Assembly: GCA_963674825.1 (NCBI GenBank)
Contig: OY771587.1
Coordinates: 3,008,001-3,072,000, forward strand
DNA length: 64,000 nt
Direction of reading: 5' to 3'
Source of the DNA: Candidatus Cloacimonadales bacterium
GTDB lineage: Bacteria; Cloacimonadota; Cloacimonadia; Cloacimonadales; JAIOQZ01
Shown: positions 48,338 to 57,830 of the stretch, piece by piece
Position numbering within the stretch: the first letter of the stretch is position 1
Layout of the letters: every line of letters begins with the position of its first letter
Notes under the pieces: generated by a model
What the model was told of the DNA's origin: nothing
Database searches by the model: none
The model's input: the letters and a program-made list of their open reading frames with translations, nothing else
Position numbers and translations under genes: made by a program

Positions 48338-49870
48338 TTATCTGACTGGTATATAAAGCTCGTTAACCCACAACGCTTTACGATCGAAATTCTTCCTGAA
48401 CTGGTTGCGAATGTAGTCTCGGTCGTATGTCACGAGATCATTGAAAACCTCCACGCCGTTGACGATTACTTTCACTGGATCCTGCATGTTGACCATCTCC
48501 GGGTGGATGCGGATTTTCAGCGCGCTGATTCTGGAAGTGCGGATATCGAAAATGTTACCGTAGAAATCGGCATCGACTCGCGCTGATTTTCGCGGATAAT
48601 AAAAGGCGTTGAAGAAACCGGCATCGGGAATGGTTCCTTCCAGCAGGACTTCCTCGCCATCGCGAATGACCTTCAGCGCGATAGGATTGCCGAATGTGGT
48701 TTTATTCTTCATGGTGGCGATATCCGGGATGGTTTTCACTGGCTCGCCATCGAATTCGATGATCACATCGCCGGGTGCAAGACCTATTGAGCTGGCAATT
48801 GTCTCTCCGCCGGAAAGCTTAAGAACTCGGACACCACTATCGTTGAATTCCGGATCGATGTGAAAACCGATAGTCAGGCGGGTGTTCTGAATGCTGTCCT
48901 GATAGGTGATCTGCCAGGGTTGTGCGTCCATAGTAGTGTCGATACGTGCGATAGAAAGCCAGTCGCAATCGCCGAACATAGCTTTATCCGTTTCCCAGGT
49001 GATGTGTGGTGAAAATGGATCGCGCGGGTGCCGCTTCATGAAGTCGAAGGTGAAGTCGAGATGGCTTTCGATGTAGGAATCGTCATGCTTGAAGCCGTTG
49101 AATTCCTTGTAGATAATGTTAGCACCGGCATCGAGGGCAAGCTTGATATACTTGCGCATTTCCTGCGTAGGGTAGAGGCCATCCTGGTCAGTGTTGCTGG
49201 CGAATATTGGCCTGTTGGAGAGGTTCACCACATACGCGCCCTGGTTGTTCGAGAAGCTGCCGACCGACATCATACCGATCAATGGAATGAACGCGCTGAA
49301 CTCGGATGGACGTGTGAATGCCAGATGATAAGAACCAGAACCACCATCGGAGGTGCCGCTGACGAATACGCGGTCATCGTCGATATTGAGCTGGGTTTTA
49401 AGGTAGAACAGGATGCCGTGGACCATCTCATAGCCCGACTCGTCCCACCATTCACAGTCTTCCTTGCTCTGTGGACATACTACAATGTAGTCCTTTGCGT
49501 AATCGTTGAAGAGATACTTGAAGTCCATCAGGTTTTGCGGGTAGTCTTCATAGAAATAGGTTACGCCGATACCTCCATGCAGGTAGAGAAGTACGGGCGT
49601 AGGCGTTGCCGGGTTGTAGCTTTCTGGTACGAATACGTGAAACGGTGCGTTCGTTGTGTCGTTTACCGGATGACTCAGGCTGACGAGCTCACCGGGCTTC
49701 TCCCAGGCGGGATAGTCGTTGAGTGTGGTGAGTTGCTCGTATAATCCGTTGGCGTCGAGCGTGTTGTCTTGCAGCAGGTTTTTCATCGATGATGGAAGCG
49801 TGTTCGGCTGAATCGCTACAAGAGCTATTCCAGCAAAGAGACATATAATTATTAAGGCAGCTCTCTTCAT
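48338..49870 (-). CDS. Exported alpha/beta hydrolase (esterase/peptidase) with PDZ domain
   Basis: Signal peptide; YLHGG; GTSDGG elbow; NTDQD; GFKH; PDZ-like GLAPGDVIIEFDG...VIRDG. Confidence 0.82.
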   Translation of the reverse strand: MKRAALIIICLFAGIALVAIQPNTLPSSMKNLLQDNTLDANGLYEQLTTLNDYPAWEKPGELVSLSHPVNDTTNAPFHVFVPESYNPATPTPVLLYLHGGIGVTYFYEDYPQNLMDFKYLFNDYAKDYIVVCPQSKEDCEWWDESGYEMVHGILFYLKTQLNIDDDRVFVSGTSDGGSGSYHLAFTRPSEFSAFIPLIGMMSVGSFSNNQGAYVVNLSNRPIFASNTDQDGLYPTQEMRKYIKLALDAGANIIYKEFNGFKHDDSYIESHLDFTFDFMKRHPRDPFSPHITWETDKAMFGDCDWLSIARIDTTMDAQPWQITYQDSIQNTRLTIGFHIDPEFNDSGVRVLKLSGGETIASSIGLAPGDVIIEFDGEPVKTIPDIATMKNKTTFGNPIALKVIRDGEEVLLEGTIPDAGFFNAFYYPRKSARVDADFYGNIFDIRTSRISALKIRIHPEMVNMQDPVKVIVNGVEVFNDLVTYDRDYIRNQFRKNFDRKALWVNELYIPVR

Positions 49871-49957
49871 GTCATTCTCCAGAAGATTGATTTTGTGCCA
49901 TCGTTGTGCAAAGATGAAGGATTGGCAATCATTTTGTAATGAGGCCTGATATCTAAC

Positions 49958-50010
49958 TGTTATCCTTCGACTCCACTCAGGATGTCACGGAGGGAAAATG
50001 AAGGATGACA
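49958..50010. repeat. Decayed REP-like inverted repeat
   Basis: TGTTATCCTTC/GAAGGATGACA arms enclosing ATCCTTCGACTCCACTCAGGATG. Confidence 0.45.
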
Positions 50011-50123
50011 CGAAGGAGTATAAACAAGATTACATAAAGGTTTTTCACGATTCATCCTGAAATTGAGCGTAGAAATATCTTGACTCTGGTTGTTACACTG
50101 CAAGTACTGCAAAAGGAATAAAT

Positions 50124-50906
50124 ATGGATTTAATTCGCATACGCAAGATCACACAGATTGTGTTTCTCGTCGCTTCGGTGGCGATGTTCGTGCTTCTGGC
50201 ATTCGGTATCATAGATGCCGTTGCACATGAGTTCTGCCCATTTTCTGAGGTCTGTTTTGGTCTGTTCGGGCTGAACCCGAGGGTGCAGATTTTCTTTTTC
50301 CCGGTTGCGACTATTATCGGGTTTGCACTCACGCTGATACCCCTCTTTCTGGGCAGGGTTTTCTGCAGCTACGCGTGTCCGTTCGGCACGATCCAGGAAT
50401 TGCTGTTCAAGCTACGGCGCACGAAGAAGAAATTCAAGCACCCGATCCCTTACAATATCAATCGCTACATGACGCTTATCAAATACGGCGTTCTTCTGCT
50501 CACGATCGTTGCCGCTTTTTTCGGCTGGCAGCGGATTTACATGGGTTTTTGCCCAGCGCTGGTGTTCTCGCAACCTTTGCGGATTGCGATTCCTGGAATC
50601 CTGACGCTAATCTCGCTACTGATCGGTGGATTCTGGATCGAGCGCTTTTTCTGCCGCTATCTGTGCCCATTTGCTGCGCTGATGAATCTGATGGAATATC
50701 TCGGAGGGTTCTTCGGAATCAAGCGGATCAAAATCTATCGGAATATCCAAACAAGTCTCAATTGCTTCACCTGCGCGAATTACTGCCCGATGCAGATCGA
50801 TATAGGATATCTGGAGACCATCGAGAGCCCGAATTGTATCCAGTGCCGACTGTGCGTTCGGAAATGTTCAAAGAAAGACGCGTCCTGCTGTTGCTATCGG
50901 GATTAG
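50124..50906 (+). CDS. Membrane 4Fe-4S binding protein (NapH/MauN/YccM-like)
   Basis: GRVFCSYACPFG, ERFFCRYLCP, CFTCANYCP, CIQCRLCVRKC. Confidence 0.88.
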   Translation: MDLIRIRKITQIVFLVASVAMFVLLAFGIIDAVAHEFCPFSEVCFGLFGLNPRVQIFFFPVATIIGFALTLIPLFLGRVFCSYACPFGTIQELLFKLRRTKKKFKHPIPYNINRYMTLIKYGVLLLTIVAAFFGWQRIYMGFCPALVFSQPLRIAIPGILTLISLLIGGFWIERFFCRYLCPFAALMNLMEYLGGFFGIKRIKIYRNIQTSLNCFTCANYCPMQIDIGYLETIESPNCIQCRLCVRKCSKKDASCCCYRD

Positions 50907-50909
50907 CGT

Positions 50910-51584
50910 TTAAACCCTTATCGGATTGACCGCTGTAACCGACGTCACCGTCGTAGTGACGATTTCGTTGAGGTCGTTGACCGCTTTATTGACCGCCTGA
51001 CCGATCAGATCCATCTTTGATAGCTGAACGATTCTCTTGTAGGCCTGTTTGCGCTCACTCGGCTCGAAGAGCTCATCCACCAGATCACACGCCTGAATCA
51101 AGCTGATGATGACCACATCGCGTGGATCGGGAAGCTCGTCGGTGAGAATGATGTGGCGGATTCGGGTGCGGACTTCCGTCTCCTGGGTGTTGTCGATCAT
51201 GGGATAACGACGCGTCGAGAATACCCAGAGAATCTTGTGCTCATCCACCTTCAGGATACCTCGATCAACCAATCTCTGTAACAGAACATCCTTTATATTC
51301 TGGTAGTTACAGGCAATTTCCTGAACCCAACACTTTGCGCTTTTCTCGTGCGATACGAGCTGCGATAGGACTGTGTCGAGCGTTTTATCGCCTGTAGGTG
51401 TATTGTCGGTTACGTCCAGCAACTTGAGGTCTGTATCGATTCGATTGAGAAATGCGAGCTCCATCAGGATAGCGCCAGCGAGCGCATATTCGAGTGACAT
51501 GGACGGCATTTCTACGAAAGAGCCCTTGTCGTCATTGATTGCCAGCAGGAGCAGTTCTTCAGCAAAAGTCAATTCTCTGGTCAT
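50910..51584 (-). CDS. GPP34 (GOLPH3/Vps74) family protein
   Basis: LTFAEELLLLA, ALAGAILMELAFLNRI, PTGD..LD, LVDRGIL, RRYP. Confidence 0.85.
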   Translation of the reverse strand: MTRELTFAEELLLLAINDDKGSFVEMPSMSLEYALAGAILMELAFLNRIDTDLKLLDVTDNTPTGDKTLDTVLSQLVSHEKSAKCWVQEIACNYQNIKDVLLQRLVDRGILKVDEHKILWVFSTRRYPMIDNTQETEVRTRIRHIILTDELPDPRDVVIISLIQACDLVDELFEPSERKQAYKRIVQLSKMDLIGQAVNKAVNDLNEIVTTTVTSVTAVNPIRV

Positions 51585-53203
51585 AATTCCTCTATAGTCA
51601 GTATGATCTTGTCTTTATCTGTGGGAATGAAGCAGGCGTATCGCGCATCCGGCATCATTCGGTCACGGAATGCGTCTGTTTCTGATACAAAAATGACCGC
51701 TCGTTTGAGATATTGTAAAGGGATTTCTTGGTTTTGTTCGGCCAGGCGTTCAATGACGCGCCGTTTATCGATTTCCTGTGCACGCAGATATTCCGGGAAC
51801 CAGTGGCTGTTCGCAATTTCACACCAGTCCCAGCGCAGGCAGTCGATTGCCTCATAGTCGTCACCTATGTAATGAACCAGATGTTCTGCCTGTACCTGCC
51901 AGGTTGCGCTCTGCAGCGGGATATCGTTGGCTTCCCACCAGTCGAGTAAGTTCTGATAGAAGTCGTATGGAGTCGTAGCGCGCTGGACGAGGTGGTCGAT
52001 GGTCTGGGAGAATTTCTCACTGTTGTAGAAGATGTCCACCAGCCTTGCGATGCGGATGAGACGAGATATTTTCTGGAACGACACCCAATTAGTGCGCAGG
52101 ATATGGTACGGTGGATTCGCCATGCAGTCGAACTCGCTGTCATCCAGGAAGATGTTTGTTCCTGGCAGCACCTTGAGGAAACCCATTTGGAAGTGATCCG
52201 GCTTGAGCGCGTAGATGCGGTTAAAGCTTTCTCGTATATGCTCTTCTGTCTGGTATGGTAATCCGCATATCATGTCGAGGTGGATATGGATATTTCCCGG
52301 TTCGATGAGCTGTTTGAGGATGGGCTCCACATTCGTCCATGATTCATTGCGGTTGATGGCGCGCAGGATTTCATCGTGGGTCGATTGGATGCCGGCTTCG
52401 AACTGGAACAGGTGTGGCGGTGCAGACGTCAACAGGTCGAGATCCTTTTGGCGCAGCAGATTGGGATATACTTCGAAGTGGAATCGTGTTGTCGGGTTCA
52501 GCTTGATCAGGTGTTCCCAGATGGCATAAGCATATTCGGGATCGGCGTTGAAGGAGCGATCGACGAGTTTGACAATGTTCGGTTTGTGAGACGATAGCCA
52601 CTCCAGTTCCGGTAGAACTTTATCCAGGCCGCGCTTTTCAAGCTTGTGCCGTGAAGAAACGCAGTAAGAACAATTGAACGGGCATCCACGACTCGCCTCG
52701 TAGTAGATGTACTTGCCTTTCAGCGACTGCATATCCTCGTCGGTGTATAGGAAGGGGAGAGAAGAGAATCCCCTTTTGTTCCCTTTTATCAAGGGGGTGA
52801 GAGAGGAATCCGTTGCTTCACTTTCAGCCTCTATCATTTCCCGGAATGGAATCTCACCGAAGCCTTCGATGATGTGATTCTGCTCTCCGGCCAGCTTCGA
52901 CCAGAACTCTGGATTACCGCTGACTTCCGGGCCGCCGAGTACGAGCTTTGCGTCGGGGAGTATGGCTTTCAATGCCGGCACGATCTCTTGAAATAGCACA
53001 GAGTTCCATATGTAGATGGAGAGCGCGATCAGGTCGGGCTTGTGACGCCCGATCTCGGAGAGAATCTCGAGCGATGGTTGATGGATGGTGAATTCCTGGA
53101 TACGCACGTGATGCGATAGGTCTGCGATTGCACTGCGTAGATAATACAATGCCGGGCACGAGTGTGTAAAACGGCTATTGATAGCAACAAGCGAGATGTT
53201 CAT
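51581..53203 (-). CDS. B12-binding radical SAM protein with DUF4080-like C-terminus
   Basis: SIYIWN, LGGPEVS, YYEASRGCPFNCSYC, VDRSFN, HLDMICGLP, GFLKVLPGT. Confidence 0.9.
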   Translation of the reverse strand: MNISLVAINSRFTHSCPALYYLRSAIADLSHHVRIQEFTIHQPSLEILSEIGRHKPDLIALSIYIWNSVLFQEIVPALKAILPDAKLVLGGPEVSGNPEFWSKLAGEQNHIIEGFGEIPFREMIEAESEATDSSLTPLIKGNKRGFSSLPFLYTDEDMQSLKGKYIYYEASRGCPFNCSYCVSSRHKLEKRGLDKVLPELEWLSSHKPNIVKLVDRSFNADPEYAYAIWEHLIKLNPTTRFHFEVYPNLLRQKDLDLLTSAPPHLFQFEAGIQSTHDEILRAINRNESWTNVEPILKQLIEPGNIHIHLDMICGLPYQTEEHIRESFNRIYALKPDHFQMGFLKVLPGTNIFLDDSEFDCMANPPYHILRTNWVSFQKISRLIRIARLVDIFYNSEKFSQTIDHLVQRATTPYDFYQNLLDWWEANDIPLQSATWQVQAEHLVHYIGDDYEAIDCLRWDWCEIANSHWFPEYLRAQEIDKRRVIERLAEQNQEIPLQYLKRAVIFVSETDAFRDRMMPDARYACFIPTDKDKIILTIEEL

Positions 53204-53923
53204 TTATGAGCCGATGCGAGGTAAAATATCTTCTACCGCGCGTTGGTAATCCTCCGGGAAATCGATTTCGATACAGGCGTAATCCTGTGTGGGAACAGCG
53301 ATGAGCTTGTGTTTTTTTGCAAGCAGATCGACAGCCCACTCGAAATAATTTTGATTCAGCTTCTGATCAACGCCTTGCTGAAGGCATTCCGCGAAGTCGG
53401 GTAGCACGTTACGAGTGAATTTACCAATGCCGATGAATTCGCCGGCACAGTCCTTCGGATCCAGTTTTTTACCGATCTCGAGGATGCGGTAGTCGTTGTC
53501 GATGACCATCTTGACCTCTTCCTCGGCGCAACGCTTGGTCTCGAGCAACAGCTCGGGATATCCGTGGTCTTCCTTGATCAGATCGAGGAGCTTGGGATCG
53601 AATAAGATATCTGCGTTGAAATAGAGAAAGTCGTCGTCAAAATTCTCTCTGGCCAGCCACAGCGAGTAGATGGTGTTGGTTGTACGGTAATCGGGATTGT
53701 ACACTACGGTGAAGCTCTCGAGAACTTCACCGATGTGCGTTTTCATTTTATCGATCTCATAGCCAAGTACGAAAACGAAATCCTCGATACCAATGCGCAG
53801 GCATGCACCGATCATATGGTGCAGCAGCGATTTGTCACCGATTTGCAGCATGCTTTTAGGTAAACCGTTCGTGACGGGATGTATTCGTTTCCCATATCCA
53901 GCTGCGAGAATTATGGCTTTCAT
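53204..53923 (-). CDS. Phosphocholine/phosphonate cytidylyltransferase-family nucleotidyltransferase
   Basis: AIILAAGYGKR...PK, NPDYRTTNTIYSL, EEEVK, GEFIGIGKF, EIDFPED. Confidence 0.85.
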   Translation of the reverse strand: MKAIILAAGYGKRIHPVTNGLPKSMLQIGDKSLLHHMIGACLRIGIEDFVFVLGYEIDKMKTHIGEVLESFTVVYNPDYRTTNTIYSLWLARENFDDDFLYFNADILFDPKLLDLIKEDHGYPELLLETKRCAEEEVKMVIDNDYRILEIGKKLDPKDCAGEFIGIGKFTRNVLPDFAECLQQGVDQKLNQNYFEWAVDLLAKKHKLIAVPTQDYACIEIDFPEDYQRAVEDILPRIGS

Positions 53924-53928
53924 ATTTT

Positions 53929-55467
53929 CTATCTGTACTGCAACATTTCACGCAGTTGAGCACGATTGTGTGCGCTTTCCAGTGCATTTTCAGGACTGAT
54001 CAGACCCTTGCGAGAAAGTGCGTACAGATCCTGCTCCATCGTTTGCATGCCAACTTTCTGGCCTTGCATGATAAGCGTGTAAAGCTCGTTGATGTTGTTG
54101 TTCTGGATGGCTTGTTTGGTTTGGGCTGTGTTTATGAAAATCTCTTTTGCATGAACCATCGATTGTCGCGTTCCAGGAACAAGCTGTGTCGAGATTATCG
54201 AATTGATCGCCTGAGAAACCGCGACTCTTATCTGATCCTGCTCACCAGCAGGGAAGAGATTGAGTATCTTCTGGATCGCTTCGGTGGTGGATTTGCTGCG
54301 CATCGTGGCATAAACCATCGTGCCGGAATCGACCAGCTTAAAGATCGTTTCGGCGACATCCGGATAGCGAATATCCTCTACAACGACCAGGTTCGGATTG
54401 TAGTCCAGGCAACTTTTCAGGCCATCAACGAGGCTGTTGACATCGCTGTGGATTTCCTGCTGGCGAACCAGACATTTGCGTGATTCGTGATAGTATTCGA
54501 TGGAATCTGAGAGCAGGAAGATGCTCCCGTTTCCGTTCTGATTGTTGTAATCGACCAGTGAATCGATCATCGTACTCTTGCCTGATCCTGCCGGCCCGGT
54601 AAAGATGACCAGTCCGCCGTTGTCATTACGGAGTGTGATTCGGTTGAGAAGTGCCGATGGAAGCGTGAACATGTCGATTGGTGTAACTTCACGCCGAGTA
54701 GGTTTGATGCAGACGACCATTTCATTTAGCTCAAAGTACGCTTTAACGCGATAACGATAGAGCACGTCTTCTGCCTGGAATTCGTGATTGAATTTCAGAT
54801 ATTTCTGCTTCAGCATCAGGTCCAGCTCTTCTTTGCTGAGGATACTAAGAATCATGATATTAATCTCGTCCTGATTGAAAGTTCTTTCGACCTCAAAGGG
54901 AATGAAGCGATTTTTGATCTTCGCCCAGATGCGTCCTTTGGAGCCGTGACCACCCATCTCGACATAGGACGCGCCCTGATTTTCGATAAACAGCAGGAAT
55001 TCTTCGAGCTTGTTGAACACCTTTTCTTGAAGGTCGGGATTGGTGTTCAGCTTATCTTTGAGGCGTTTCAGTTTGTCGTTAGTCGTGGTGCGGAAGAGTT
55101 GACGCCGTTCGATCAGTCCAAGCTCAACAACCTGCAGGAATTCCTTCATATTGATCGGCTTGGTGAGGAACCGGAACGCTCCGTAGTTGAGTGCTTCGCG
55201 GGTGTATTCCATGTCGTCGTAGCCGGTGACGATGATCACGATGGCATCGGGATCGATCATCTTGAGCACTTTCATGAAATCGACACCGTTCATCTCGGGC
55301 ATCATGATGTCAGTGATGTACAGGTCGAAGCTCTTTTCACCTGCAAGGCGGAAGGCTTCCTGACCGTTTTGTGCTTCATGGATCTCGTAGTCTTCGGTTT
55401 CCAGAAAGTTCCGGTAAAGTTCGCGAATTTCAGGTTCGTCGTCAATGATCAGGATTCTTGGTCTCAT
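53929..55467 (-). CDS. Response-regulator receiver domain fused to a degenerate PilT/PilU-like ATPase
   Basis: Receiver: IIDDE, ITDIMMP, VTG, LTKP. PilT-like: RYRV, GPAGSGKST, DSIEYYHES...VRQQEI, GMQTMEQDL. Confidence 0.85.
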   Translation of the reverse strand: MRPRILIIDDEPEIRELYRNFLETEDYEIHEAQNGQEAFRLAGEKSFDLYITDIMMPEMNGVDFMKVLKMIDPDAIVIIVTGYDDMEYTREALNYGAFRFLTKPINMKEFLQVVELGLIERRQLFRTTTNDKLKRLKDKLNTNPDLQEKVFNKLEEFLLFIENQGASYVEMGGHGSKGRIWAKIKNRFIPFEVERTFNQDEINIMILSILSKEELDLMLKQKYLKFNHEFQAEDVLYRYRVKAYFELNEMVVCIKPTRREVTPIDMFTLPSALLNRITLRNDNGGLVIFTGPAGSGKSTMIDSLVDYNNQNGNGSIFLLSDSIEYYHESRKCLVRQQEIHSDVNSLVDGLKSCLDYNPNLVVVEDIRYPDVAETIFKLVDSGTMVYATMRSKSTTEAIQKILNLFPAGEQDQIRVAVSQAINSIISTQLVPGTRQSMVHAKEIFINTAQTKQAIQNNNINELYTLIMQGQKVGMQTMEQDLYALSRKGLISPENALESAHNRAQLREMLQYR

Positions 55468-55482
55468 ATGTCTAAATACTCC

Positions 55483-56811
55483 TTAGTCGGATTCGGTCCA
55501 GCGAGTCACTCTTCGCTCTCCGGTATCTGGAATTCCCGGAGGTGATTTCGTTCTGAATCTGTTATCGTACACGATTCGTTCTTTAAAGCCCTTTGGCTGC
55601 GCGAGGTTACCGTTCCAGGTAACGATGGGCTTGCTCTGGAGTCGGCTTCCAAAGGTAGTCCAGAACCCATAGTATTTTCCACCCCAGTTCTGGATTGTGA
55701 TATCGTTTGGTGTGACGATATTCGCCATGATCATGCATCCGGGCCATTCTCCGCCGAGGTCGTAATGTTTATCGGCAGGAATGAATATCTCATCAGCAAT
55801 GAGCCCCAGCATATCTTCGGAATCTTCCGGGACGCTGGGGATGCCTTCTGCGTTCTGGGTTGCGTCGCTATAGATGATATCTCCATCGATGAACATATCC
55901 TTCGATGTCTCGATGCTCAGGTTGCCCTTGATGGTTCCCTGAATGTGCAGATCTCTTTTAGCAACGATAACATGGCTGGTTATATCTGCAATATCCATCG
56001 TAACGACGTGAGTTCCGGTTTTATTCTGAAGGGTTATTGAACCGTCTGCAAAGAAGTAAACGAAGATATCGCCTACGGATGACGGGAACAGGGTTTCGAT
56101 ATCGAGCGGTGTTCCTGTCACTTTGGAGTAGTCAATAGAGAGTGCTGATGTGTTAAACGGAATTACGCGGTGAGTGAAGTCGTTATTATCGCCTGTAAGG
56201 CCTGTGTAGTCGGCTCCGGGGATATCGTCTTCGTCATAGTAGTGTCCGCTACCGCGAATGTAGAGGCCACCGGATGTTGTCAGGTTTCCGTTGAAGATGG
56301 GTCCGGGATAAAATACGCCCGAATGCCAACGGTCTCTATCGATACGGAATGCATCGTTGCAGTGAACAGGTCCCCAGAAATCTTCGCCGGTTCCATACCA
56401 GCCTCCTGTGAACTTGTTTACGAAGTAGGCATAGTAGGAGTATGGAAGCTCCCAGTCGGCGACTGTCACTGTTACACTTTCACCATCAATGTCGGCGGTG
56501 GATGTTATAACAACTTCTCCCGTTGAAGCATCACGTTCCACAACGACTTTTATATCGCCGCGAAGAGGAGTTGATATCTTGTGATCTTCACTGATGCTTG
56601 CCATGTATTCCGGTGTATCACGGAATGAAGCTGACCGAATCAAGTCGAGCTTCTGATAGGCATAGCTATTCGCCACGTTGAGCGCGACGCGTTTATTATA
56701 CAGCTCGATCGTCTCGCGAAGCGCCGCTTCTTCAGGGCCTTTCGCGCTTATCATCATGTAGGAGATGGACACAAACAGTGCCATCACAACGTATATTGCA
56801 TATCTTCCCAT
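55483..56811 (-). CDS. Large PilX-like pilin (DUF4900/ComZ-like) with a minimal leader
   Basis: MG|RYAIYVVMALF hydrophobic N-terminus; FWGPVHCND; DMLGLIA; YDNRFRTKSPPGIP, matching the locus-1 paralogs. Confidence 0.7.
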   Translation of the reverse strand: MGRYAIYVVMALFVSISYMMISAKGPEEAALRETIELYNKRVALNVANSYAYQKLDLIRSASFRDTPEYMASISEDHKISTPLRGDIKVVVERDASTGEVVITSTADIDGESVTVTVADWELPYSYYAYFVNKFTGGWYGTGEDFWGPVHCNDAFRIDRDRWHSGVFYPGPIFNGNLTTSGGLYIRGSGHYYDEDDIPGADYTGLTGDNNDFTHRVIPFNTSALSIDYSKVTGTPLDIETLFPSSVGDIFVYFFADGSITLQNKTGTHVVTMDIADITSHVIVAKRDLHIQGTIKGNLSIETSKDMFIDGDIIYSDATQNAEGIPSVPEDSEDMLGLIADEIFIPADKHYDLGGEWPGCMIMANIVTPNDITIQNWGGKYYGFWTTFGSRLQSKPIVTWNGNLAQPKGFKERIVYDNRFRTKSPPGIPDTGERRVTRWTESD

Positions 56812-56829
56812 GGTATCCTCCCGGGTTGA

Positions 56830-57411
56830 TTACCAGTCCCAAATGCACTTCAAAAAGATAATACCTTCTCCGATTGCCATAGCCCGATCTCCATCGGTAT
56901 GTCCGGCATCGGCTCCATAAGTGTCTTCGCTTTCCATTGTGAATTTGTATCCAACAAATTGAATATCATTTGTGTTGGTCGTTTCATTGTAATTATTATC
57001 GTAATATGTGAATTTGAAACTTGTTACGCCCATGAAACCATCGTTGATCGTTTTACCGTTCACAGTGAATTCGACGTTTCGGTCGTTAAGAGTCGGTGTG
57101 GGATCTTCAACCCAAGGTTTGTATGCGATGGAAACGGTATCCATAACGCTATCGTCATCGATATCCGCGACGAAAACCAGTTTCTTGGCGTCAGCTATAG
57201 TGATCGCCTTCTCGATATTGGAAACGGATCGTCCTACGTTTTTAATCTGGTTGCGTAGGACTTCCTTGAGCAGCTCGGAATATGACTGCTCGCGGTAGGT
57301 CAACGTTGCCTCGATATTGGACTCATAGGTGCTGATCTGCATCTTGAAGACAAGCGATATCAACATCATCGTAAGGATGAAAGCGCCAATGATTTCAAGT
57401 GCTGTTTGCAT
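56830..57411 (-). CDS. PilW/GspJ-like pilin without a prepilin leader
   Basis: M-QTALEIIGAFIL; FVADIDDDSVMDTV; GVTSFKFTYYD. Confidence 0.68.
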   Translation of the reverse strand: MQTALEIIGAFILTMMLISLVFKMQISTYESNIEATLTYREQSYSELLKEVLRNQIKNVGRSVSNIEKAITIADAKKLVFVADIDDDSVMDTVSIAYKPWVEDPTPTLNDRNVEFTVNGKTINDGFMGVTSFKFTYYDNNYNETTNTNDIQFVGYKFTMESEDTYGADAGHTDGDRAMAIGEGIIFLKCIWDW

Positions 57412-57426
57412 CGCTCACCTCCTCTT

Positions 57427-57822
57427 CTATAGCTCTGTAAAAACGTGCTGAAGCTCGATCGTGAATGTCTGGCTTTGATCCTGGACAAGGACTTTCAGCA
57501 GCTTATAATTTGTCGTGAGCGTTGTTTTTGCAAAGCCATTCGAGTTGAACGCCGCGAAGTCGATGCTCGAGGTAACTCTGAATGTGTCAGCTCCAAAATC
57601 AACTTTGTCCCACTTCCCATTCTTGTCGAATTCATCTTCCAGATCATCGAAATCCACCGACCATCCGCGTTCGATGATCGACTGAGCAAGTGAGACCGCA
57701 TCGTTCTGAAGCTGGCTGTTGATGGTGGATTCGGCTGTATTCTTTTTGTGCGTGTTCATGGTGACCACAAGGTTCATGAACAGGAAGATCGCGATCAGAA
57801 CATAGAGGTATTGGCTTCCCAT
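57427..57822 (-). CDS. PilV/GspI-like pilin with a minimal leader
   Basis: MG|SQYLYVLIAIFLF; AVSLAQSIIE; FDDL; YKLLKVLV. Confidence 0.65.
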   Translation of the reverse strand: MGSQYLYVLIAIFLFMNLVVTMNTHKKNTAESTINSQLQNDAVSLAQSIIERGWSVDFDDLEDEFDKNGKWDKVDFGADTFRVTSSIDFAAFNSNGFAKTTLTTNYKLLKVLVQDQSQTFTIELQHVFTEL

Positions 57823-57830
57823 AAGTTCTC

